From an uncultured Christensenella sp. (lineage in GTDB: Bacteria; Bacillota; Clostridia; Christensenellales; UBA3700): DNA of 64,000 nt. Below are positions 44,436 to 53,975 of the stretch, piece after piece. Under the pieces are notes generated by a model. It searched no databases, was not told the origin of the DNA, and saw only the letters and a list, made by a program, of their open reading frames with translations. Location: the NCBI GenBank assembly GCA_910579785.1, contig CAJTVJ010000002.1, positions 42,529-106,528 on the forward strand. Reading direction: 5' to 3'. A program made the translations under genes and the position numbers. Within the stretch, counting starts at the first letter, position 1. Each line of letters opens with the position of its first letter.

Positions 44436-47400
44436 TTATTTCTTGATATATATCGTCTTTATCTCATAAGGAGTGAACTCAAATGTCTTGCCCTTGATAA
44501 ATTTTTCTTTATTTTCCAACATATCGCATTCGTATATTGAAGAGCAGTCGCAGTTGAGTTGTAAGGTTGCTCTTGCCTTATGTCCCAAGCTCTCGTACGC
44601 TCTTATTATCACACCGCCCTCGTCCTCGGCGACTTTGAAGGTCTCGATCACGATATCGGTATTGTCAAACTTTGCAATAGTTGTGATATCGACGTTTTGT
44701 TTGATTATCTCGATAGGATTGTTGAAAATATATCCCTTTGCCATAAGGTCGGTCTCTTCAAATTTCTGCTTGTGCGGATATATCGCATAGCTGAACGAGT
44801 GCGCGCCTCTGTCGCACGTGGGGTCGGGGAATATAGGAGAGCGCAGCAATGCCAAAGACAAAAAGCCTTCCTTTGCTCTGTGTCCGTACTTGCAGTTGTT
44901 GAGAAGGGCAAATCCGTAGTCCTCGCCGTCAATGTTGACAAATTTATGCGCGCACACTTCAAATTGCGCCCAATTCGGATTGTAATCTTCGTCCTTGTCG
45001 GCTTCGCTTGTCGTGCGGTCAAAATTGCCGAATTGTATGTTGCATTTTACGCTGTCGGCAAAGACTGTCGGCACAAAGTCTGCGCGGAGCATTTTAAGCT
45101 CTTCATGCCAATCCACCGACGTGTCGAAAGTCACCATATCGCCGCCCAATTTCAACGACACTCTCTGCACGAGAGAAGAGTTGTGATACTTAAATGAATT
45201 TTCTCTTACCAAGTTGGCGCCGTCGATATAAGTGTTGGAGGAGACGAGTTCAAATTCCCACTTTTTCATCTGCATATAGTTGGTCTTTTTGTCCTTGCCC
45301 CATTGGATATCCCATGCGTTGTAATATCTAAACGGGTCGCTGTATACGACAAGTTTGTTAAAATACTCCTTGACGAGTTCTTTATTTTCCTGTTTGTCAA
45401 TGAGCGAGATTATCTCGCCGTTGTTGCCGAAAGTGACTCTAAGTTTTGCATTTTCTATTATATTGTTTGAATATGCAAACTCCTGCGTGTCTATATCGGC
45501 AGGTGTAAGTTTGCCAACGGAATGCGCAGGCAGTTTGGCGTCAAACCATTCGCCGTCGATTTTGACGTATTCGTCTCTGTCAAAGTCAATAGGATTTATT
45601 GCGCTGACGGCAAATCCGTTGCTAAGTGCGTCGAGCAACGTCGATTGTATCTCTTTAAGTTCGTCATAAAGAATCTGGTACCTTGCGTATGCCTCGTCAT
45701 ACACCCTCTTTATTGAAGAGCCGGGGAGTACGTCGTGGAATTGATAGAGCAACACTTCCTTCCAAATCTTCTCGACTTTTGCTCTGTCGTATTTGACGTC
45801 TTTAAAGTACGCGACTGCGCCCAGCCATTCTACTGTGTGCAGCAACTCTTCGATTCTTCTGTTCCATTTCTTTGCATTAGCTTGCGAGGTGTAGCAGCCT
45901 TGGTGACGTTCGTAATACAGTTCGCCGCTGTGCGTCGGCAGTTTGTCCGCCATATCCTTTATATCTTCAAAGAATTTGACTGCAAACGACGGCTTGCAGG
46001 GAGCCAATCCGTCTATATTCTTCTTATGGCGCATCATATATTCTAGGTGACCTTCGCCGGGACCGCCGCCGCCGTCGCCGTCGCCGTATATCAAAAGCGC
46101 CTTGTCGCAAATGTCTTTTTCGCTGTATCTATCCTCAGACTTTTTGATTGCCAAAGGAGAATTGCCGGCGTTGTAATCGCCAAGCGGCTCCATATGCGCA
46201 AGCAACTTAGTGCCGTCGATACCAACCCAATTAAAGGAGCGGTAGGGGAAACGGTTGAAATCGTTTGACGTGGGTTTTATCGTCATAAAATAATCCATAC
46301 CGCACTTTTTGACGACTTGCGGCAGGGAAGCCGGAAAACCGAATACGTCGGGCAGCCAGCACATATTTGATTTGAAATTAAAATTCTCTTTCCAAAACTT
46401 TTGTCCGTAAAGGCTTTGTCTTATCCAGGATTCGCCGCCAGGCAAGTTGGTGTCGCTTTCCACCCACATTCCGCCTTGTAATTCTATTCTCTCGTCAAGG
46501 ACGTACTTTTTGACTCTCTCAAATAGCTCTGGATATTCCTCTTGCAGCCACTCGAACATCTGCGGTTGCGACTCAGCAAAATAAAAGTCGTCATAAAGCG
46601 CAAGATTGCGTATCTGATTGGCAAAGGTGCGCGCTACCTTGCGCTTTGTCTCTCTTATCGGCCACAGCCACGCGAGGTCTATATGAGCGTGACCTATGCA
46701 GTAGTACGTCGTGGCTTGATATTGAGGCTTTTTCTCGATTGTCGGCTTCAAGAACTCTCTTGCAGCCGCCGCGCCTTGTTTTTTATAGACCTTGTAGCTC
46801 TGCTTCAAGGCTTTGTCTATCTCTTTAAATCTCTCGCTGTCCTTGTCGAGTATCATCATTATAAAGAACAAGTCTATATAATCGTAATAATATTGATTTA
46901 TCTCTTCGTCGTGAATACATATGTCGCAACGCCTTAGGTGAGCGGTGCATTTTCTTATTCTGAATTTGCCGTTGAAACCTGCGTCTACGTACAAATCTAT
47001 CTTTTCGTCGCCGTTGGAGTTGTCGGTGATATCGATACGCTGTTTGGCGATTAGGGAATGGAATACGTCGCCTTTGCTAAGCACCTGCGTGATGCCTTGC
47101 AAGACAATGCCGTCGGGGTTGAACACCAGACCTTCGCCTTGCAGTTTAATTCTGCATATCACGCTTTTGCCCTTTGCCTTAGCAGGCACTTGACCTGTGA
47201 AGTGAAACCAAGCGCAGTCAAAGCTGTCCGCATATTCCTTTCTCTTACCCCAGGACTGCCATTGGCGAATAGGCTTGAAAGCAGTCTTGTCAAGGTCTTG
47301 CCACTTGATGGGCTCTTTGGACTTGACTATTTCGGCGCGAAGCTCCGCGACCTTTTTGTTTATAGAACATTTAAGATCCCATATGTTGAATACGTGACCT

Positions 47401-47444
47401 GATTTGGACACGGCTTTTTTTACGATTTTTTTATCAAAACCCAT
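44436..47444 (-). CDS. GH38 alpha-mannosidase
   Basis: 'GHAHIDLAWLWP' N-terminal metal-site motif. 1002 aa. No signal peptide. Confidence 0.9.
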   Translation of the reverse strand: MGFDKKIVKKAVSKSGHVFNIWDLKCSINKKVAELRAEIVKSKEPIKWQDLDKTAFKPIRQWQSWGKRKEYADSFDCAWFHFTGQVPAKAKGKSVICRIKLQGEGLVFNPDGIVLQGITQVLSKGDVFHSLIAKQRIDITDNSNGDEKIDLYVDAGFNGKFRIRKCTAHLRRCDICIHDEEINQYYYDYIDLFFIMMILDKDSERFKEIDKALKQSYKVYKKQGAAAAREFLKPTIEKKPQYQATTYYCIGHAHIDLAWLWPIRETKRKVARTFANQIRNLALYDDFYFAESQPQMFEWLQEEYPELFERVKKYVLDERIELQGGMWVESDTNLPGGESWIRQSLYGQKFWKENFNFKSNMCWLPDVFGFPASLPQVVKKCGMDYFMTIKPTSNDFNRFPYRSFNWVGIDGTKLLAHMEPLGDYNAGNSPLAIKKSEDRYSEKDICDKALLIYGDGDGGGGPGEGHLEYMMRHKKNIDGLAPCKPSFAVKFFEDIKDMADKLPTHSGELYYERHQGCYTSQANAKKWNRRIEELLHTVEWLGAVAYFKDVKYDRAKVEKIWKEVLLYQFHDVLPGSSIKRVYDEAYARYQILYDELKEIQSTLLDALSNGFAVSAINPIDFDRDEYVKIDGEWFDAKLPAHSVGKLTPADIDTQEFAYSNNIIENAKLRVTFGNNGEIISLIDKQENKELVKEYFNKLVVYSDPFRYYNAWDIQWGKDKKTNYMQMKKWEFELVSSNTYIDGANLVRENSFKYHNSSLVQRVSLKLGGDMVTFDTSVDWHEELKMLRADFVPTVFADSVKCNIQFGNFDRTTSEADKDEDYNPNWAQFEVCAHKFVNIDGEDYGFALLNNCKYGHRAKEGFLSLALLRSPIFPDPTCDRGAHSFSYAIYPHKQKFEETDLMAKGYIFNNPIEIIKQNVDITTIAKFDNTDIVIETFKVAEDEGGVIIRAYESLGHKARATLQLNCDCSSIYECDMLENKEKFIKGKTFEFTPYEIKTIYIKK

Positions 47445-47671
47445 AATATATCCTCATATTTAAAGATAAAGTTTTTTTTATTGTACCATAATTCCATGAA
47501 TATAGCAATATTTAAAAAATATAAATTTATATAACAATTATGGACAAATGGGATATTTTGTTTTCAAAGAATGGTATACGGTGTATCTTTTCATATCATT
47601 TTAAGGTCATAAAATAATAAGCGTCTTTGAATATCATTGCAAAGGTTGGAGGTGTGTGATAAAATCTAGCT

Positions 47672-48406
47672 ATGAGCGAAATGCGGACTACGACGGTCAA
47701 CGGAGAGCGTATTGACTACGTGTTGACGAGAAAAAGAATGCGCAATATGCGCATGAGAGTGACGGCGCAGTGTATGGTGACTGTGTCTTGCCCTATCTAT
47801 ACTTCAATAAGCGACGTTGAGAACTTTATTGAAAAACATATACTTTGGATAAAAGAAAGTCAAGCTAAGATACGCGCCGACGCTACCAATAAAGAACGCT
47901 ATGAATACATGACGGGCGAAAGCTTTTTGTATCTCGGCGAAAAACTTACTCTAATGGCGTATGAAGGCGACAAAAAAGAGGTGATTCAAAGGGGCGGTTA
48001 TATCTTTATGACTATCGCCGACCTGTGGGACTTTGAGGATAAGCGCGCCTTGCTTGACAAGTGGTATAAACAACAGGCGGAGAGTGTTTTTGCAGAGAGG
48101 TTTTATTGTCTTATAGATAAGCATAAAGACTTATTTCCCGACAGCTATACGCTTAAAATCAAAAAGGGAGTGTCCACTTGGGGCAAATGCGCCGTATATC
48201 AAAAGGTCGTCACTTTGAACTTTAATTTGATATATGCGCCTATCGAGCTTATAGATTCCGTGATACTCCACGAGCTTTGTCACTTCTATCATATAAATCA
48301 TGACAAAAATTTTTACGATATGCTTTTTGCTCTCGACCCTTTTTATAAAGAACACAATAAGGCTTTGGGGAGAAAATACATAGATTATACGCATTACGGC
48401 GATTAG
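47672..48406 (+). CDS. YgjP-like (DUF45/M48-like) metal-dependent hydrolase
   Basis: 'ILHELCHFYHINHDKNFY' HExxH zincin motif in a 244-aa protein. Confidence 0.8.
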   Translation: MSEMRTTTVNGERIDYVLTRKRMRNMRMRVTAQCMVTVSCPIYTSISDVENFIEKHILWIKESQAKIRADATNKERYEYMTGESFLYLGEKLTLMAYEGDKKEVIQRGGYIFMTIADLWDFEDKRALLDKWYKQQAESVFAERFYCLIDKHKDLFPDSYTLKIKKGVSTWGKCAVYQKVVTLNFNLIYAPIELIDSVILHELCHFYHINHDKNFYDMLFALDPFYKEHNKALGRKYIDYTHYGD

Positions 48407-48415
48407 TAATGCCGA

Positions 48416-49582
48416 CTATTTTTTACTAAAATGTTTTCCGTGGAAATTAAGCAGATATTTATCGCTCATGCCTGCTATCATATCTATTGCCACGCGGTGG
48501 GGGAATTGCTTGTTTTCTTCAAAATACTCGTCCACTTTTTTGCTATTGGGATATATGTAAGGGCGGAATGACTTATCTATTATCTTTTGATTTCCCTGTA
48601 TATCTTCGAGAAGTAGTTCAAATACGTCGTCTATTATATCTTGCAGTTGCGCGTCGGTATAGTTGTCGACTTTTGAATTGTCGTTGAGATATATCATACC
48701 GTAGTTTTCATCCTTTATCTTCATAAGCGCGTCAAACGCTTCCCCGCTCATAGTTATTTGATTTTTGTCAAATGAATTGTTGATTATGTCGGCAGAAAGC
48801 GCGGCTATTATCTCGTGATTGAATTTGCCGAGTATCGTATTGGAAAAATCGTCAAACCTGACGTAACGTAGTTTTTCCGCATCTTGCCTGTCTTTGCCGA
48901 CGTATGCAATCACGTCGCATATTCTCACCAAACATCCCTCCAACGTGGTCGCCATAAGGTTGCTGTCTTTGAGTTTTCCGACGTATGCAAGTTGCAGCTT
49001 TTCATTCAGATCTTTGAAGTTTTTGCTCGACTTCGCGTTGGGCGCATAACTGCGCAGTATCTCTTCGCCGTTGTGGCACAGCACGCCGTCGATAACTTGC
49101 AGAGAAAGATCGCTCTTTACTATATCCAGCAAGTATCTCGCTCCCTGCACGTGATGAAAAAACCTATATCCGTATCTCTTTGCCACGTTGTCAAGCAGTT
49201 TTTCTCCGCGGTGGCCGAAAGGGCAGTGCCCGAGGTCGTGCGCCAAAGCTATCGCTTCGATCAAGTCGCAGTTGAGCGATAAGGCTTGTCCTATCGTCCG
49301 ACCTATCCTAGACACCAGCGCAACGTGATATGAGCGTGTGGATATGTCGTCGTTGTCGCGCAGCGAAAAGACTTGGGTCTTGCCTGCGTATCTGTTGAAA
49401 AGCGGCAGGTTGAGTATGACTTCGCAGTCGCGTATAAACTGCCGTCTGAAAATCTTGGGAGTGTAGGCGTCTTTGCGTATCGCCATACCGTCTTTTGTGG
49501 CAAAAGGCGACAAGAGCGCGTCTCTTTGGGCGTACTTACCGCTCAATTCTTTTGCTATGCGATCGTCAAGTTGAATGCTCAT
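48416..49582 (-). CDS. HD domain protein, dGTP triphosphohydrolase-like
   Basis: 'AHDLGHCPFGHRGE' HD motif. 388 aa. Confidence 0.75.
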   Translation of the reverse strand: MSIQLDDRIAKELSGKYAQRDALLSPFATKDGMAIRKDAYTPKIFRRQFIRDCEVILNLPLFNRYAGKTQVFSLRDNDDISTRSYHVALVSRIGRTIGQALSLNCDLIEAIALAHDLGHCPFGHRGEKLLDNVAKRYGYRFFHHVQGARYLLDIVKSDLSLQVIDGVLCHNGEEILRSYAPNAKSSKNFKDLNEKLQLAYVGKLKDSNLMATTLEGCLVRICDVIAYVGKDRQDAEKLRYVRFDDFSNTILGKFNHEIIAALSADIINNSFDKNQITMSGEAFDALMKIKDENYGMIYLNDNSKVDNYTDAQLQDIIDDVFELLLEDIQGNQKIIDKSFRPYIYPNSKKVDEYFEENKQFPHRVAIDMIAGMSDKYLLNFHGKHFSKK

Positions 49583-49631
49583 TGTATCTCCGTCGGCAGG
49601 TTATTTTAATACAGTACGGTCGGCGTTTGGT

Positions 49632-49666
49632 ATAAAAACGTAAGACCGTCTTGTTATCGACGGTCT
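49632..49666 (-). terminator. rho-independent terminator of the dipeptidase gene
   Basis: AGACCGTC / GACGGTCT stem. T5 on the minus strand. Confidence 0.6.
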
Positions 49667-49703
49667 CATTATATCATATTTTAGAGAATTGGCAAAGTAT
49701 GAT

Positions 49704-51008
49704 TTATGCAAAAAGCAATTTTTTTATCGCCGCATAGTACACGTCGTACATCTTTTTGAAATCTTTTATAGATACTCTCTCGTCTTTTTGGTGTATAGTA
49801 CTTTCCATACCTGGGAATATCGGACCGAAAGCCACGCCGCATTTCAAGGCTCTTGCGTAGGTGCCGCCGCCTATCGTGATAGGTTTGGCGTCCTCGCCTG
49901 TGACTTGGTTGTATGCGAGAAGGAGATCCTGCACGAGTTTGTTATTGCTGTCGATATACAACGGGTCGTGGAAGTTGCGCACCTTCACCTCTCTTGCGCC
50001 GAGACTTGTCAATAGTCTTTGCAATATATCTTCCTTTGTGTACGTAACGGGGTGGCGTACGTCGATTATAAGGTGCAGAGCGTCTTTGCCGTCGCTGTCT
50101 TTTTCTATATTTACAACGCCTACGTTGAAGGTGAGATTGCCGCTCTTTTCGTCGCAAAGTTTTACGTCTGCGCCGCTGCCGTCGTTGTGGGCGAGTTTAT
50201 CTTTGAGGAAGCTGTAATTTCCGCCCAGCGCGTCGCTGAGGACGTCGAGCATGTGCCAAAGCGCGTTGTCGCCCTCCCACGGAGTGGAAGCGTGAGCAGG
50301 TTTGCCGTACGCCGTGATATATGTCTTGCCGTCTTTTACTTCTATTTGCGCGTCTTTGTTGTGCGCGGATATTTCGCCGTCTATCACGCAGCTGCATTTT
50401 GCCATGACTACGTTGCCTCTGCTTCCGCCTTGAATATCTTCAAGCCTCTGCGGTATGTCTAAATATACGTCGTATCCGACAAGTCCCTTTTCGCAGTTGA
50501 TCACAGGGAAGTCGCCGTCGGGGGAGAAACCTTTTGTAGGCATCGCGTCCACTTGGTTGTATTTTTCGATACACTTCCAGCCGCTCTCCTCGTTGCCGCC
50601 GAAGATAAAGCGTATTTTACAGTTAGGCTTATATCCCTCTTGCAGCAACTGATTTACGGCATATAGACAGCACATCATCGGTCCTTTGTCGTCGAGTATG
50701 CCTCTGCCAAAGACGTATTCGTCTTTTATTTCGCCGAGTGGATTTGCCGACCAATCGTCGTCATACGGCACGACGTCTATATGTCCGAGTATGCCAAAAG
50801 GCTCGCCGTCGCCCACGTCGCAGGTGCAGTAATATCCGCCTTCGTTGTGTACCTGCATACCCATTTCCTTTGCCGTATTGCAGACAAGGTCGAGACAATC
50901 CGCCACGCCTTTGCCGAACGGAGATCTGTCGCACGGGGCAGCCTGTACGCTGTCTATTGCGATAAGTTGCATTGTTTTTTGCAGCATTTGCTCAAATTGA
51001 TCCTTCAT
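49704..51008 (-). CDS. M20 family dipeptidase (PepV/Sapep-like)
   Basis: 'GHIDVVP', 'GRGILDDKGP' and 'GGNEESG' motifs. Start set at the ATG at 51008 after AAAGGAG; the longer ORF overlaps the gltX promoter region. Confidence 0.85.
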   Translation of the reverse strand: MKDQFEQMLQKTMQLIAIDSVQAAPCDRSPFGKGVADCLDLVCNTAKEMGMQVHNEGGYYCTCDVGDGEPFGILGHIDVVPYDDDWSANPLGEIKDEYVFGRGILDDKGPMMCCLYAVNQLLQEGYKPNCKIRFIFGGNEESGWKCIEKYNQVDAMPTKGFSPDGDFPVINCEKGLVGYDVYLDIPQRLEDIQGGSRGNVVMAKCSCVIDGEISAHNKDAQIEVKDGKTYITAYGKPAHASTPWEGDNALWHMLDVLSDALGGNYSFLKDKLAHNDGSGADVKLCDEKSGNLTFNVGVVNIEKDSDGKDALHLIIDVRHPVTYTKEDILQRLLTSLGAREVKVRNFHDPLYIDSNNKLVQDLLLAYNQVTGEDAKPITIGGGTYARALKCGVAFGPIFPGMESTIHQKDERVSIKDFKKMYDVYYAAIKKLLFA

Positions 51009-51128
51009 ATAGCTCCTTTGACAAAACAAACTTTTTGAAATTATTGCATAAATATTATACACAAATTTTATCAAATGTGTTATATTATTATACGAAAATA
51101 CTGCAAAATCCCAAAAAAGGAAACTAAT

Positions 51129-52577
51129 ATGAATAAGGTAAGAACGAGATTTGCGCCGTCGCCGACGGGCTTTATGCACATAGGAAATTTAAGGACGTGT
51201 CTTTACGCCTATCTGTTTGCGAAGAAAAACAATGGCACTTTTGTGCTTAGGATAGAAGATACCGATCAGGAGAGATATGTCGAAGGAGCCGTCGACGTGA
51301 TATACAGCACTCTCAAAAAGGCAGGTATAGAACACGACGAAGGACCTGATAAAGACGGCGGATACGGACCGTATATCCAAAGCCAGCGCAAATCGCTCTA
51401 TTTGGATTATGCCAAGGAGCTTGTCGAAAAGGGCGGAGCGTATTACTGTTTTTGCGACAAAGCGAGGTTGGAGAGTCTTAAAGACGGCAACGGCGTAGCA
51501 AAATACGACAAGCACTGTCTCAGTCTTTCTAAGGAAGAAGTTGAGAAGAGACTTGCGAATGGCGAGCAGTACGTAATCAGACAGAATATCCCCACTGACG
51601 GCGTGAGCGAGTATGAGGATATGGTATTCGGTCATATCAGCGTACCCAACGAGGATATGGAAGACGGCGTGCTTATCAAGTCGGACGGAATGCCGACGTA
51701 CAATTTCGCCAACGTAGTCGACGACCACCTTATGGCGATAAATTACGTGATAAGAGGCGTCGAGTATCTGTCTTCCACTCCAAAATACAATCTTATGTAT
51801 GACGCTTTCGGTTGGGAGAGACCGCATTATATGCACCTATCTCCGATCATGAAAGACGCTCAGCGAAAACTCTCTAAGAGATACGGCGATGCCAACTTTG
51901 AGGACTTTCTAGATAAGGGATATCTGCCGGAAGCCATCGTCAATTATATCGCGCTTCTCGGTTGGTCTCCAAAGGGTACTGACGAAAAATTGAGTATGCA
52001 GCAGCTTAAAGAGCAGTTTGACGTAGACGGGATATCCAAATCGCCCAGCATATTCGACGAGGCAAAAATGCGTTGGCTCAACGGCGAATATATCAAACAA
52101 ATGCCCCCGACAGAGTTTGCAGAAGTTGCAAGACCTTATTTCGAGCAAAGTAAGGTTGCAGGCAAGTATGATTATACAGAACTTGCAAAGCTTCTCATAC
52201 CGAGAGTTGAGATACTCGGCGAGATACCCGAAAAGGTCAATTTCCTTGAAGAGTTTGGGAAATACGACACTTCTATGTACGAACATAAGAAGATGAAGAT
52301 AACCAAAGAGCTTGCGCTTGCCAATTTGGTTGCGATAAGAGAGGAATTAAAGGACGTCGACGATTGGAGCGATGGCAATCTAAAACAACTCGGCACTGCT
52401 CTTGCAGAAAAGCTTGGAATAAAGAGCGGACAGATATTCCTGCCGTTGAGACTTGCTATCACGGGCGCACAGAGCACTCCCGGCGGCGCGACGGAAATGG
52501 CGGAACTGCTTGGAAAAGAAGAGAGTATGCGCCGTCTAGATTTTTCTATCGAACTGCTAAGCAAAGAAAGTATCTAA
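51129..52577 (+). CDS. gltX: glutamate--tRNA ligase
   Basis: 'RFAPSPTGFMHIGN' (HIGH) and 'KLSKR' (KMSKS) class I signatures. Confidence 0.95.
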   Translation: MNKVRTRFAPSPTGFMHIGNLRTCLYAYLFAKKNNGTFVLRIEDTDQERYVEGAVDVIYSTLKKAGIEHDEGPDKDGGYGPYIQSQRKSLYLDYAKELVEKGGAYYCFCDKARLESLKDGNGVAKYDKHCLSLSKEEVEKRLANGEQYVIRQNIPTDGVSEYEDMVFGHISVPNEDMEDGVLIKSDGMPTYNFANVVDDHLMAINYVIRGVEYLSSTPKYNLMYDAFGWERPHYMHLSPIMKDAQRKLSKRYGDANFEDFLDKGYLPEAIVNYIALLGWSPKGTDEKLSMQQLKEQFDVDGISKSPSIFDEAKMRWLNGEYIKQMPPTEFAEVARPYFEQSKVAGKYDYTELAKLLIPRVEILGEIPEKVNFLEEFGKYDTSMYEHKKMKITKELALANLVAIREELKDVDDWSDGNLKQLGTALAEKLGIKSGQIFLPLRLAITGAQSTPGGATEMAELLGKEESMRRLDFSIELLSKESI

Positions 52578-52653
52578 GTTATGCTCAGCAAATAAAGAGT
52601 AACGTTAAACAAAATCTCATTATAGAAATAAATAAAAATCAAGCGTAATTTTC

Positions 52654-52682
52654 TTTACAATAAGAAATAGTTGTGATATTAT
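52654..52682 (+). promoter_or_regulatory. sigma-A type promoter candidate of the rpsF operon
   Basis: TTTACA, 17-nt spacer, TATTAT. Confidence 0.5.
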
Positions 52683-52766
52683 GCTAATGTATTGTCGGCA
52701 AAAGTCGGCGATATACCCTTGTTCGGACACAAAGTCCGAGCCATTAGACCAAAAGGAGGTATAAAA

Positions 52767-53048
52767 ATGAACAAGTACGAAATGTTGTATATCATCAAGA
52801 ATGATATTACCGACGAGGCAAAACAGGAAGTAGTTGACAAAATGGCTGCGATCATCACGTCCAACGGCGGAGAAGTCGAGAGCACAGACAAGTGGGGTAC
52901 CAAGAAGTACGCTTACCCAATCGACTACACGACTGAGGGCTACTATGTGTTGGTAAACTTTACGGCTCCGGCTACGGTTCCTGAGGAACTCAAAAGATTA
53001 AACCGTATCACAGATGAAATCGTAAGATCTATGATCATCAAGAAGTAA
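52767..53048 (+). CDS. rpsF: 30S ribosomal protein S6
   Basis: 'YEMLYIIKND...KWGTKKYAYPI'. AAAGGAGG RBS. rpsF-ssb-rpsR gene order. Confidence 0.95.
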   Translation: MNKYEMLYIIKNDITDEAKQEVVDKMAAIITSNGGEVESTDKWGTKKYAYPIDYTTEGYYVLVNFTAPATVPEELKRLNRITDEIVRSMIIKK

Positions 53049-53058
53049 GGAGAGAATT

Positions 53059-53481
53059 ATGAACAAAGTTATTTTGATAGGCAACCTGACGAGAGATCCC
53101 GAGTCGGGCAGCACGCAAAGCGGAGTGCAATATTGCAGATTTTCCATTGCAGTCAATCGCAGATTCAACAGAGACGGCAATGAGTCGGCAGATTTTTTCA
53201 ACATAGTATGTTGGAGAGGCTTGGCTGAGATATGCGCCAAGAATTTGCAAAAGGGCAGAAAGGTTTGCGTAGTAGGTTCTATTCAAATTCGCCAATATGA
53301 CGCGCAGGACGGCACCAAGCGTACCGCTGTCGACATTCAGGCTGACGACATAGAATTCCTTCCATCAGCCGCCGGCAGACCTGACGGCGACAACTCTCAA
53401 AGCAATGAGAGCAACTACGGCTCAAACAACAAGTCAAACGGCGGTTTGACTCCCGTAGACGAAGATGATTTACCATTCTAA
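53059..53481 (+). CDS. ssb: single-stranded DNA-binding protein
   Basis: OB-fold N-terminus 'MNKVILIGNLTRDPE' and an acidic 'DEDDLPF' C-terminal tip. Confidence 0.95.
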   Translation: MNKVILIGNLTRDPESGSTQSGVQYCRFSIAVNRRFNRDGNESADFFNIVCWRGLAEICAKNLQKGRKVCVVGSIQIRQYDAQDGTKRTAVDIQADDIEFLPSAAGRPDGDNSQSNESNYGSNNKSNGGLTPVDEDDLPF

Positions 53482-53499
53482 TTAAGGAGATATAAGACT

Positions 53500-53751
53500 A
53501 TGAGTGAAGAAAAGGTAGTTAAGCGTCCTGCTAAAAAGCAAATGTCACGCAAGAAAGTTTGCGTATTTTGCGTAGAGAAGACGGACGAAGTTGATTATAA
53601 AGACATCGCTAAATTGCGCAAATACGTTACAGAAAAGGGCAAGATCGTTCCCAGAAGAATGAGCGGCGTATGCGCTAAGCACCAAAGAGTCGTTACAGAG
53701 GCAGTCAAGAGAGCAAGAGAAATGGCTTTGCTCCCCTATGTAGCTGAATAA
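53500..53751 (+). CDS. rpsR: 30S ribosomal protein S18
   Basis: '[15 protein letters not shown]...[25 protein letters not shown]'. Confidence 0.95.
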   Translation: MSEEKVVKRPAKKQMSRKKVCVFCVEKTDEVDYKDIAKLRKYVTEKGKIVPRRMSGVCAKHQRVVTEAVKRAREMALLPYVAE

Positions 53752-53771
53752 TTTTAATAAAAAATTATAGT

Positions 53772-53806
53772 CAAGACGTACGGCAACGCAGTACGTCTTG
53801 TTTTTT
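53772..53806 (+). terminator. rho-independent terminator of the rpsF-ssb-rpsR operon
   Basis: CAAGACGTAC / GTACGTCTTG stem followed by T6. Confidence 0.85.
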
Positions 53807-53926
53807 ACGATTTGCAGTTTGCAGTTGAAATGTAGAAAAATTTATACATCGGCGTTATTTTGCTGTGTAAAACGTATTTTTTGTTGATTTTACCAATTTT
53901 TTGTAACAATAAATAATAAATTATTA

Positions 53927-53955
53927 TTGTGTTGCCTAATTCAGTGTGTTATAAT
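53927..53955 (+). promoter_or_regulatory. sigma-A type promoter candidate for the Hsp70-like/SNF2 operon
   Basis: TTGTGT, 17-nt spacer, TATAAT with an upstream TGt (extended -10). AGGAGAG RBS before the ATG at 53976. Confidence 0.5.
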
Positions 53956-53975
53956 TATAGCATAGGAGAGTATAA

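Noticed and set aside
44261-44446. 61-aa ORF downstream of the XRE gene
   Set aside because: It is made up largely of the direct repeats, has no RBS, and runs into the GH38 terminator and the 3' end of that gene.
47672-49582. YgjP/DUF45 hydrolase plus HD dGTPase-like protein as a defence module
   Set aside because: The genes are convergent and so not an operon. Both families are common housekeeping genes in Bacillota, and no type I RM or other defence genes are adjacent.
52683-52766. S6:S18-binding autoregulatory leader upstream of rpsF
   Set aside because: It is plausible from context and a small hairpin (UCGGAC/GUCCGA) is present. I cannot verify the motif by eye, so it is not reported as a feature.
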